The notes under the pieces were generated by a model. That model saw only the letters and a list, made by a program, of their open reading frames with translations. It searched no databases and was not told where the DNA came from. From an uncultured Verrucomicrobiae bacterium (GTDB lineage Bacteria; Verrucomicrobiota; Verrucomicrobiia; Chthoniobacterales; Chthoniobacteraceae): a stretch of 64,000 nt of DNA. Position 1 is the stretch's first letter. Each line of letters opens with the position of its first letter. Positions 20,353 to 29,767 of this stretch are shown piece by piece. The stretch lies in assembly GCA_963769025.1 (NCBI GenBank), contig CAVYKI010000006.1, forward strand, positions 576,001 to 640,000, read 5' to 3'. Position numbers and translations under genes: made by a program.

Positions 20353-21358
20353 ATGAAAACCGCCTATTGGGATTCCGGCCTCAAATGGGATGACCCGAAC
20401 CTCCGCTGGGGCGACCCCGCGTACCTGCTCGAGCCGGGCGATCCCGGCTTCGTGAATGACCCGAATTCCGCTTCCTACGAACCACCAAAGACCAAGACCA
20501 AAAAACGCAAGTATATGGCATCCAACCCCACTCCAGACGCCATCGGCGAACTCATCGCTTCCGGCGAAGACCTCTGCGACGGCCTGAACCAGCGGCATCT
20601 CGCGGAAAATTGCCCCGTTTTCGCCTCCGCGCCTCGGGCCGCGCCTGAAATGCCTCAGCAATGCGAAGGGCTTCATCGCCCGCGCCATCAAGGTGCTCTC
20701 CATCGCGCTCGGCAATGCATGGAGCGACGCGTGGAGCGCGACCGGCCTGCCGGACAATACCGTGGGCGTCCCGCGCACGCAGGACGTGCGCTTTGCCGCC
20801 CTAGGCGGGCTGAACGCATATTTCACTGCGAACCCGGCAAAGGAAAACGCCCCGCTGAACGTCACCGCCGCCATCGTCGGGACGCTCTATCAGGCGCTCT
20901 CCGACGCCCGCACCGCCGTGGGCAATGCGCTCACGCTCACCAAGAACAAGGTCATGGCCCGCGACGCTGCGAAAGTCACCTTCCGCGACCGCTATCGCGC
21001 CACCATCGGCGAACTCGAACAGCTCCTCTCCGACGACGACGCGAAGTGGTATGACTTCGGCCTGAGCCGCCCGAGCGACCCCGCGCAGCCCGGCCAGCCC
21101 TCCAATGTCCACGCCACCCCGCTCGGCGCAGGCCGCGTGCTCGTGCAGATCGACGGCGCACGGCGGGCGAATTCATTCAACTACTACAAAAAGGTCACCG
21201 GCACCGACGCGAAGCCCGTGAAGGTGATCAATACCGAAGGCACGCAGCACACCATCGAGGGCCTGCCCGCCGGCGCGACGGTGGAAATCACCGTCACCGG
21301 CGTGAACGACGCCGGCGAAGGGCAGGCGAGCGACCCGGTGAGCGTGGTGGTGACATAA
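20353..21358 (+). CDS. Signal-less protein: Trp-rich N-terminal peptide, helical domain, C-terminal fibronectin type III-like domain; interrupted at ~20594-20655
   Basis: MKTAYWDSGLKWDDPNLRWGD..MASNPTP..DGLNQ, then in another frame SNAKGFIARA..WYDFGLSRP..PGQPSNVHA..TIEGLPAGATVEITVTGVNDAGEG (Fn3 signature); alternative start 20515. Confidence 0.75.
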
Positions 21359-21413
21359 GAGTGAAAGTTCCCGCGCACCGCCCGTCATTCATTCAACCCA
21401 TCCCATCCAAACC

Positions 21414-22547
21414 ATGAACACTCCGCGCACACTCATTCTCGCGCTCTTCGCCACCTGCATCGCGGGCGCGCAGGAGAATCCCGCCCCAGCTCCCCCAGCT
21501 ACGGATGCGCCGGCGACACCGGCGCAGACGGAAATCCAAAAGTGGATCGCCACGACGGATGCGCAGTGGCAGGCGGCATATAAGCGAGAGGTCAGCGACG
21601 TGCATGAGGCGGACGTCAGAAAGTTGATGCTCCAGTTTCTTACCTCGATCGAGGCGGCCATTACCAAAGCGAGCGGTGCCGGGGATCTGGATGGCTCGGT
21701 GGCGCTTCGCAACGAGCAGAAGCGCTTTGGCGACACGAACGTATTCCTTGAACAGGACGATCCCGGCGATCATGCCTCCGTGAAGCAACTCCGGGCGGCG
21801 GCTCGCATACAAAAGGCGAAGCTTGAAAAGGACAGCACCGCCCGCACCAAGACGCTGCACGCCAAATACGATCAGCTCCTCGCGCAGGCGCAGGCACAGC
21901 TCACGCAGCGCCAGCGCTTCGACGAAGCGCTGCTGGTGAAAGCCAAGCGGGATGAAGTCGCAGCGACCTGGCTGCCGTCCGTGCCTGCCGCTGCGCCTGC
22001 TGAAGGTCCTGAAAAGCCGGCGGCTCCCATCGCGACCCCAAACTCACCGGCGGCGCCTGCCGCCGCAGGGACGGGCACGAATCTTTTCACTAACGGCAAC
22101 TTTGAGCAAGGCACTGACGGCTGGACCTTGAGTGCTCACCGAAAGAAAGGACAGATGGCTGTGGACGCGAAGGAACTCCATAAAGGGAAGCCAAGTCTGC
22201 GAGTGGAAAATGTCGAAGCCGACGACACGCAGGTGACACAGAAGGTGAGCGTCAAACCGAACACACGTTACCGGCTTGCCGGCTACATTAAGACAAAAGA
22301 CGTGGAGACGGAGAAGCGCGGCGGCAAGGATGGAGCAACGCTGGCGGTCACCGGCGGATTCGCCAAGACACCACCGGTGTTCAAAACCAAGACATGGACC
22401 CGAGTCGACATGACCTATGTCACTGGAGCCAAACAAACCGAGATCGCTGTGGGACCGCGTCTCGGCCATCATAGCGCGGTGGTTTTGGGAACGGCGTGGT
22501 TTGCAGAATTGACGCTCACGGAACTTGGCCGCAACGCCAAACAATAG
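21414..22547 (+). CDS. Secreted protein: coiled-coil region plus C-terminal CBM4/9-like beta-sandwich
   Basis: Signal peptide; NLFTNGNFEQGTDGW..QKVSVKPNTRYRLAGYIKT..GTAWFAELTL. Confidence 0.8.
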   Translation: MNTPRTLILALFATCIAGAQENPAPAPPATDAPATPAQTEIQKWIATTDAQWQAAYKREVSDVHEADVRKLMLQFLTSIEAAITKASGAGDLDGSVALRNEQKRFGDTNVFLEQDDPGDHASVKQLRAAARIQKAKLEKDSTARTKTLHAKYDQLLAQAQAQLTQRQRFDEALLVKAKRDEVAATWLPSVPAAAPAEGPEKPAAPIATPNSPAAPAAAGTGTNLFTNGNFEQGTDGWTLSAHRKKGQMAVDAKELHKGKPSLRVENVEADDTQVTQKVSVKPNTRYRLAGYIKTKDVETEKRGGKDGATLAVTGGFAKTPPVFKTKTWTRVDMTYVTGAKQTEIAVGPRLGHHSAVVLGTAWFAELTLTELGRNAKQ

Positions 22548-22555
22548 CCCGGTAA

Positions 22556-22650
22556 GCGTGCGGTCAGTGGATGGCTGGGTCGCGGCGCATTTGTTCAAGC
22601 AGGATGGCTACGACATCATCGGAGTGACGACGAAGGTGTGGCCTGAGTCT
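22556..22650 (+). pseudogene. Decayed N-terminal fragment resembling MnmA
   Basis: SVDGWVAAHLFKQDGYDIIGVTTKVWP versus the MnmA SGGVDSSVAAxLLKxQGYDVIGVTM pattern; no start codon and no continuation. Confidence 0.55.
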
Positions 22651-22692
22651 CGGGCGCTTGCGGAGGGCGGGAGTTCTGGCATCTTCGCGGGC

Positions 22693-22922
22693 ATGAGCAT
22701 CACCGTCATCGTCGAGAACGACACCATCAAGCTGCCCGTGCATGTGCCGGACGGGACGCGGCTGGAGATTACGTTGCCCGGCGAAGGCGAAGCTGGAGCC
22801 ACGGGCAAGGCCGAAGAAGTCACGGCTGCACTGCTGGCAATGCAGCGCGCGGGTAAAGGGGCTGCCGTCGGACCTTGCGAGCGGAGCATGATCATTACCT
22901 GCACGGGCAGGCCAGGCGGTGA
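22693..22922 (+). CDS. Putative antitoxin (DUF104-like), frameshifted
   Basis: MSITVIVENDTIKLP..VPDGTRLEI and C-terminal LPSDLA..EHDHYLHG reconstructed across frames; directly upstream of the PIN gene. Confidence 0.65.
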
Positions 22923-22925
22923 GCA

Positions 22926-23335
22926 ATGGCCGTTTTTGCGGATACGTTCTTCTTCCTCGCAGCGCTCGAATCCGGGCGACGCCGCCCACGGGACGGCGAT
23001 CCGTTGGAGCCGGGAGCATGATCGCCATCCGGGTCGGACCGACGGCATGGGTGCTCACGGAAGTCGGAGACGCGGCTTGCCCGGCGACAATCGCGAGGCG
23101 CTTTCTGAGCCTGCTCGGCCTTGTCCGGAGTTCGACCGCTCTTCCGGTTTATCGGCGCGACACCGCAGGCGTTTTCGAGCGTGGCGTGGAGCTTTACCGA
23201 CGACGTCGCGACGACAAGGCGTGGTCGTTGACGGACTGCATTTCATTCGTCGTCATGGGCGATGAAGGGGCTGACCGAGGCGCTGACTGGCGACCGGCAC
23301 TTTGAGCAGGCGGCTTCAAGGCGCTGCTGATTTAG
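22926..23335 (+). CDS. PIN-domain (VapC-type) toxin with multiple frameshifts (errors or pseudogene)
   Basis: MAVFADTFFFLA..WVLTEVGDA..DKAWSLTDCISFVVM..ALTGDRHFEQAGF across frames. Confidence 0.8.
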
Positions 23336-23350
23336 CGCGGCCTGTGCCGC

Positions 23351-24261
23351 TCAGCGGGGGGCGAGCAGGGCGGCGCGCATGAGTTCGATGTCGGGCGTCG
23401 CGCTGGAACCAGATTTTGAAACTGAGCGCGCCCTGGTGCAGGAGCATCGAGAGGCCGTTTGCGCCGCGGGCGCCGGCGGTGTCGGCGGCGGCGAGGAGCG
23501 GGCGTGCGGTGGCCGACGTAGATGGTGTCGTAGATGAGGTGGTGGCTGGCGAGCAGCTTGGCGGGGACGGGGGAGGGGTCGCCGGGCTTCATGCCGAGGG
23601 AGGTGCAGTTGACGACGAGGTCGCTGCTGGCAAGGCCGGCGCGGAGGAAGATGTCGGACATGTCGCCGGATGCGACGCGGTCGAAGGGGTAGATTTCCGC
23701 GATGTCGTCGAGGATGGGCTCGAGCTTTTCGAGGCTGCGGTTGAGGAGCGTGAGGGCGGGGCAGTTTTCCTTTGCGCATTGCATCGCGATCGCGCGGCCC
23801 GCGCCGCCGCCTGCGCCGAGGATGAGGACGCGCATTTTCCCGAGCTCGACGCCGAGGGTCTCGCGCACGGCGAGCGAGAAGCCGGGGCCGTCGGTGCTGT
23901 GGCCGGTGAGGCGGCCATCCTTGCCGACGACGACGGTGTTCACTCCGCCCGCGCGGCGCGCGCCTTCGTCGGACTCGTCCACGGCGGCGAGGACGGCGGC
24001 CTTGTGCGGGATGGTGCAGTTGATGCCGATGAAGCCGGAGCGGTGAAGGAGCGAGAGCGCCCTTTTCAATTCCGGCGGGCGGACGTGCAGGCGCGTGTAA
24101 CGGGCGGGGATGCCGAGCGCGGCGAGCGCGGCATTGTGCATCTGCGGCGAGGCGGAATGCGAAACGGGATCGCCGATGACCGCGAGGCGCAGCGGCGGGT
24201 CGCACGCGGCGGTGGCCGTCTGCCAGTGCGCGAGGTCTTCGAGCGTGTAGAGCTGCTTCAC
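23351..24261 (-). CDS. aroE: Shikimate dehydrogenase; frameshifts near the 3' end
   Basis: IGDPVSHSASPQMH, NCTIPHK, VNT, GHSTDG, GAGGGAGRA, VNCTSLGM; GTG start overlaps the gltX stop. Confidence 0.92.
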
Positions 24262-25592
24262 TGCGGGGCGGAAAGTTTCGCCAGCGCGCGGTCGAAACGC
24301 GCGAGCACGCGGTCGCGGCCCAGCACCTCCAGCGTGTGATAGAGGCTCGCGCCGACGCTGCGGCCGGTCGCGCCGATGCGCGCGGGATGCACGAACTCGC
24401 CGACCTTCACGCCCGCCGCGGTGGCCTGCGCCTTGAGCGTCGTTTCGAGCGCGGTCGCGGTCCATTCGCCGAGCGTCGCGTATGCAGCGGCGAGCGCGCG
24501 GAGATGATCCAGCGCGCCGGGCTTGGCGAGCACTTTCGCCACGGCCTCCGCATCGAATGGGAAATCCTCGGTGAAGAAATAGTCCATCCACGCGGGAGCG
24601 TCGCTGAGCTTCTTCAGCCGCTCACGCACAAGCGCGAGCACGGGGAGCATGTCGGCGTGCGTGCCGAATTGGATCCCCGCCTTCACCAGCCACGGCTCGA
24701 CTTGCGCGGCGAGCGCTTCGAGCGGCATTTGCAAAATGTATTGCTGGTTGATCCAGTCGCATTTCTCCAAGTCGAAGTGTGCGGCCTTGCGGTTGATGTT
24801 CGCGGGATCGAAGCGCTCGATGACTTCGCTGATGGGCATGATCTCGCGGTCGTCCTTCGGCGACCAGCCGAGCAGGCAGAGGAAATTGCGCACGGCCTCG
24901 GGCACGTAGCCGCCCTCGATGTAGCCGCCGACGGCCGCGCCCGTGTCGCGCTTGCTCATCTTGCTGCCATCCTTGTTCATGATGAGCGGGATGTGCGCGT
25001 AGCGCGGCGGCGTCGCGCCGAGCGCCTCGAAAAGCTCGAGATGCTTCGGCGTGTTCGAGAGGTGATCCTCGCCGCGGATGACGTGCGTGATCTTCATCTC
25101 GATGTCGTCCACCACATTCACGAAATGGAAAATCCACGAGCCGTCGGGGCGGCGGATCGTCATGTCGGGATGCGTCTCGGCATTCGAGAGATCGAACGGA
25201 ATCTTGCCGCACACCATGTCGTCCACCGTCTGCACTTTCCGCAGCGAGCGGAAGCGCAGCGCGCCGCCGTCCTCGTAAAGGTGGCCGCCGTCGCGCAGCT
25301 TCGCGATGTAGCTTTCGTAGATCGCATTGCGCTGACTTTGAAAATACGGGCCGTAGTCGCCGCCCACGAGCGGGCCCTCGTCCCAGTCGAGCCCGAGCCA
25401 GCGCATCCCGTCGTAGATCGCCTGCATCGCGGCCTCGGTGTTGCGCGCGGCGTCGGTGTCCTCGATGCGCAGGATGAATTTCCCGCCGGTGTGCCGCGCG
25501 TAGAGCCAGTTGAAGAGCGCCGTGCGCGCGCCGCCGACGTGAAGGTAGCCGGTGGGCGATGGTGCGAAGCGGACGCGGACTTGTTCAGACAT
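24258..25592 (-). CDS. gltX: Glutamate--tRNA ligase
   Basis: RFAPSPTGYLHVGG, RIEDTD, ITHVIRGEDH, KMSKR. Confidence 0.97.
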   Translation of the reverse strand: MSEQVRVRFAPSPTGYLHVGGARTALFNWLYARHTGGKFILRIEDTDAARNTEAAMQAIYDGMRWLGLDWDEGPLVGGDYGPYFQSQRNAIYESYIAKLRDGGHLYEDGGALRFRSLRKVQTVDDMVCGKIPFDLSNAETHPDMTIRRPDGSWIFHFVNVVDDIEMKITHVIRGEDHLSNTPKHLELFEALGATPPRYAHIPLIMNKDGSKMSKRDTGAAVGGYIEGGYVPEAVRNFLCLLGWSPKDDREIMPISEVIERFDPANINRKAAHFDLEKCDWINQQYILQMPLEALAAQVEPWLVKAGIQFGTHADMLPVLALVRERLKKLSDAPAWMDYFFTEDFPFDAEAVAKVLAKPGALDHLRALAAAYATLGEWTATALETTLKAQATAAGVKVGEFVHPARIGATGRSVGASLYHTLEVLGRDRVLARFDRALAKLSAPQ

Positions 25593-25640
25593 AGGGCGGC
25601 GGAGGGTGGAGAAGGTCGTCGCGTGTGGCAAGCGGAGCGC

Positions 25641-25994
25641 TCACTCAAAGTAGGTGTCTTCGTGGCTGTACGGCGGCGCGCAGCAGCAGAGGAAACGGAG
25701 CGTTTCGCCCGCGGTGATGGTGTGCCAGGCGCCGGGCGGGATGAGGATGGCGTCGCCGGGGGTGACTTCGCGGCGCTCACCGTCGATCTCCATGGTGCCG
25801 CGGCCTTCGAGGATGAAGTAAAACTCCTCGCTCACGCGGTGGTGGTGCCGCTGCGTGGCGGTGGCGGCGGGGACGGTGGCCTCGGCGAGGGATTGGTTTT
25901 GCACGGGGGCATTCGCGCGGTCGAGGATGCTGCGGATGGTGGAGCCGTCCTTGGTGGTGAAGGGGAGCTGGGTGGCGATGTGGAGGATGGTCAT
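25641..25994 (-). CDS. Cupin-domain protein
   Basis: HHHRVSEEFYFILEG..GDAILIPPGAWH. Confidence 0.88.
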   Translation of the reverse strand: MTILHIATQLPFTTKDGSTIRSILDRANAPVQNQSLAEATVPAATATQRHHHRVSEEFYFILEGRGTMEIDGERREVTPGDAILIPPGAWHTITAGETLRFLCCCAPPYSHEDTYFE

Positions 25995-26007
25995 GGGGCG
26001 GAGCCTC

Positions 26008-26048
26008 GAACGTCCGGCGTTGAACGTCCAACTTTCAACGTTCAACGC
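26008..26048. repeat. Heptamer-based (AACGTYC) hairpin in a divergent intergenic region
   Basis: GCGTTGAACGT (26017-27) and ACGTTCAACGC (26038-48) form a perfect 11-bp stem. Confidence 0.7.
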
Positions 26049-26105
26049 GCCTGCCGCACTCGTCACTCGACACGCCGGAAGTGGTGCGGAATAAAACGGG
26101 CACAC

Positions 26106-26912
26106 ATGACTTCACTGCACGGATGCACTGCATTGATCACCGGGGCCTCGGCCGGGATCGGTGCCGAAATGGCGAGGCAACTCGCGCCGCACGCGCGTGC
26201 GCTCGTGCTGGTGGCAAGGCGGCGTGACCGGCTCGATGCGCTGAAGGCGGAACTGGAGCGGAGCGGGATGGAGATTCAGTGCCATGCGGTGGATCTCGCG
26301 GACGGAGAGGACGTGGATGCGCTGCTCGCTGCGTTGGCGGCGAGCGGGACGAAGGTGGATTTTCTCATCAACAACGCGGGCGTGGGGGACCATGGGAGTT
26401 TCGAGGACAGCGAGTGGGCGCGTGTGCAGGCGATGCTGGATGTGAACATCGCGGCGCTGACGCGGCTGACGCACGCGCTGCTGCCGGGGATCCTCCGGTC
26501 GGGGCGCGGGGCGATTCTGAATGTGAGTTCCATCGCGGCTTATTTTCCGATGCCCGGGATGGCGGTCTATGCGGCGAGCAAGGCGTATGTGAACAGCTTC
26601 ACCGAGGCGCTGCGTGCGGAGCTGCGGGGGACGGGCGTCGCGGTCTGCGCGTTGTGTCCGGGGCCGGTGGATACGGAGTTCGGCGGGCGTGCGATGCGGC
26701 CCGGCGAGGCGGACTCGAATCCGGCGCCGGATTTCCTGAAGCTGCCCGTGGAGCGGATTGCGCGGGAGGGATTGCGCGCGGTGGACAGGAATCGCGCGCG
26801 GGTCGTTCCGGGCGTCCTGCTTGCGGCGTCGATGTTTCTCGCGGCGATGGTGCCGATTGTCTTGTTGCGTCCGTTCCTCGGCGGACGCTCCCGCGATGGA
26901 AGTGCGAACTGA
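26106..26912 (+). CDS. SDR-family oxidoreductase
   Basis: TGASAGIG, NNAG, YAASK. Confidence 0.93.
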   Translation: MTSLHGCTALITGASAGIGAEMARQLAPHARALVLVARRRDRLDALKAELERSGMEIQCHAVDLADGEDVDALLAALAASGTKVDFLINNAGVGDHGSFEDSEWARVQAMLDVNIAALTRLTHALLPGILRSGRGAILNVSSIAAYFPMPGMAVYAASKAYVNSFTEALRAELRGTGVAVCALCPGPVDTEFGGRAMRPGEADSNPAPDFLKLPVERIAREGLRAVDRNRARVVPGVLLAASMFLAAMVPIVLLRPFLGGRSRDGSAN

Positions 26913-26922
26913 CTTCACCACC

Positions 26923-28303
26923 ATGATGCGAAACGTTTTTTCCAATGCCCGGCGTTGTGCGCTCGCGGCGAGTCTTGCGGTGCTGGGTTTCCAAGGCTGC
27001 GAACGGAAGCCGCAGCCGGACACGACAACAGCGCGACGCCGCGGCCAAGCCCAAGCGTCCGACGCCCGCCATCACTCCTGCACCGCCGACGCCGGTGCCG
27101 CTGCCGACTCCGGAGCCGACGCCATACGTCCCGCAGAAGACTCTGAACGTGGGCAGCATTTTCAACGGGATCCATTTCAAAGACGAAGCTCGAGACCGTG
27201 ACCGGCGGAACTGCGGCCGTGGATCGGAGCAAGCCCGGAGAGCTACACGGTGGAGGTGAGCGTGAAGGTTTCCGTGCCGAAGCCGCATCGAAGCATCGAG
27301 GACCTGGCGAAGCTGAACGGGCAGATCGGCACGGTGCTGCCGGAGCTCGCGGGGATGCTTGGCACGGCGAAGGTCTCGCATGAGTTCGACGATCTGTACC
27401 GGCGGAAGGTGACCTCCATCCGGACGAATCTCGACCGGCTCGATCAGCTCGATTTCGCGGCACAATTTTTTCGACTGCGAGACGATCCTCGAACTTCAGA
27501 ATCCCAAGACGAAGCGGAAGGCCCTGCTGATCCAGGCGGACATGGATGTGGACACGGATGGGACGGACGGGGATCGCTGCCGTCGTTCGAGCCGGGTCGC
27601 GCACGTTTCAGCCGTTCACGAGCTACCGGTGGAAGAAGCGGACACCGATTCCGAGCCCGTGCATGCCGCACTGGGAAAAGCGGATCGCGGACAACGAGGT
27701 GAAAATCAAGGATCCGAAAACGTCGGCCGCAGAGCTCCAGAAGCTGAAATCCGACAACGCGCGGCTGCGGATGGAAGTGCGGGACCTGCAGGCTCACAGC
27801 TTTCTGATCGCCGCGCTGGATCCGTTCATCGTGCTGCCGACGCAGATGTTCGGCGGAACAAGAGCGGCTGTACACGCCGCGGATGGGAGATTACTGCGTG
27901 GTGCTTTTCGAGGATGTGTTTTACCCGGCGATCGTCGGCGATGCCGGGCCGACGACGAAGATGGGCGAGGCGTCGTTGCGGCTTTGCCGGAGATCAATGC
28001 GAAGGCCGACGGGAGAGTTCCGGCCGGTGAACGATTTGAAGGTCACGTATCTCGTGTTCCCGAGTTCCGTGGATAAGGACTGGGGGCCGCCGAATTTGCT
28101 GACGTGGCAGACGCGCTGCGAGGAGCTGCTCAAGGAACTCGGGGATTACAAAGGGAAGTTTTTCCTGTGGGAGCAACCGCCGCCGCCCACGCCGCCAGTC
28201 GTGCCGACCCCGGAGCCGCGCGGAGTCTGCTCCCGCATGCGACTCGGCGGACGGGGACTCCGCAGCCGGTCACGCCTCCAGCCGCGGCACCGCCAAGCCG
28301 TGA
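26923..28303 (+). CDS. Lipoprotein with GH75 (chitosanase)-like domain; several frameshifts, 3' end approximate
   Basis: Lipobox GFQGC; MDVDTDG, DPFIVLP, YPAIVGDAGP..MGEAS motifs across ORFs 26945, 27250, 27542, 27546, 27883. Confidence 0.65.
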
Positions 28304-28318
28304 TGGCGCGGTGGCGCG

Positions 28319-29712
28319 TCACTTTGCGCCCCAGCCGAAAAGCACGACCGGGATGGTCTTGATGCAGGATCCGGAGGTCGAGGAGCGGAGACCAGTTGTC
28401 GATGTATTCGAGGTCGAGCGCGACCCAGCGGTCGAAGCTGGTGACGTTGTTGCGCCCGCTGATCTGCCAGAGGCAGGTGATGCCCGGCTTCATGCTGAGC
28501 CGGCGGCGGTGGGCGGTGGCTTCGATGCGCTCGACTTCGTACATCGGGAGCGGACGCGGGCCGACGAGGCTCATGTCGCCTTTGAGGACGTTCCAGAGCT
28601 GCGGAAGCTCGTCGAGGGAGGTCTTGCGCAGGAAGCGCCCGACGGCCGTGACGCGCGGATCGTTGTCCACCTTGAAAACCGGGCCGGACATCACGTTGAA
28701 GCGCTGCAGTTCGTGGTGCTGCATCTCGGCGTCGCTGGTCATCGTGCGGAATTTGAACATCGCGAACGGACGCCCGTTTTTTCCGCCGCGATTCTGACGG
28801 AAAATCACCGGCCCGGGGGTGGTGAGCTTGATGGCGATGGCGATGAGGGCGAACAGCCACGAAAGGGCGAGCAGCAGGGCAAGCGCGACGATGCGGTCAA
28901 CGAGATGCTTGAGGAACAGGGCCCACGACACGCTGGGCGCAGTCCGGAAGACGAGCATGGGGCGGCTCCCGAAATGATCGAAGTCGGGGCGCGCGATGGC
29001 CATCTGCATGAAGTCTGCGCACAGCCAGGCTTCGACCCCCTCGGTTTCGCATGCGCTGATGTATTCCTGGAGACGGCCGAGCTCGCTGTGGTTCCCGACA
29101 AAGAGAACGCGCTCGGGAGTGTGCTTGTGGAGCGATTCGACGAAGTCGCCGGCGGTCCGTGTTGTCACGTCGAGATCGTCGGCTATCTCGATTTCCATGA
29201 CTTCCGCGGGAGTCAGCGTTTTGCGAAAAGCGAAGATGTCGCCCAAGGTGCCGACGAGGATGACACGTTCGCGGATTTCGCCGCTGATGACGCGCCGCCG
29301 GTAGCGGACGATCGTGAAGCGCTCCCGGAGCAGCAGAAAGAACGTGGCGAGGACCGCAAAGATCGGCATGACGGCGCGGCTGTCCACGGTGCGTCTCAAA
29401 AAGTACGCGCAGAGGGCGATGATGAGGCCGAGAACGATCGGCCGCGCGGCCCAGCTGGCTCAGGCTTCTGCCGACCGTCTTGCGCTCCGGATGTTCGTAA
29501 AAGCCTTGCGCGTGGAGGCATATCGGTCCGAGGGGGATGAGGACGAACAGGAGCCACTGAAACTCGGTGAACGGGGCAATGTGGACTTCAAACACGCCGA
29601 ATTCGGGCCCCATATATCGCAACCAATGGGCGGTCCAAAACGTGGCGACCAACAGAAACGCGTCAACGATCTGGAGGAATTGCAAATTGAGTTTTTGACG
29701 GCGACCAAGCAT
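28319..29712 (-). CDS. Polyprenyl glycosylphosphotransferase (sugar transferase, WcaJ-like); frameshifts near 29450 and 28365
   Basis: FKFRTM, DPRVT, RKTSLDELPQLWNVLKGDMSLVGPRP, KPGIT, DLEYIDNWS; N-terminal TM helices. Confidence 0.92.
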
Positions 29713-29767
29713 TGTCGTGACGCAGGGGGGATTTTTTATCACTATATCCATCTTTCGGGCAAACCGA

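Noticed and set aside
19305..20393. ORFs crossing the array (19305+, 19991+, 19784-, 19914-, 19630-) as real genes
   Set aside because: Several frames on both strands stay open because the period is a multiple of 3 and the sequence is palindromic and GC-rich; no frame shows convincing protein features. 19991-20356 does end in an ATGA overlap with the Fn3 gene, so translation is not fully excluded
24336..26105. N-terminal 590 aa of the 858-aa ORF as part of the SDR
   Set aside because: Antisense to gltX and the cupin gene; the SDR begins at ATG 26106
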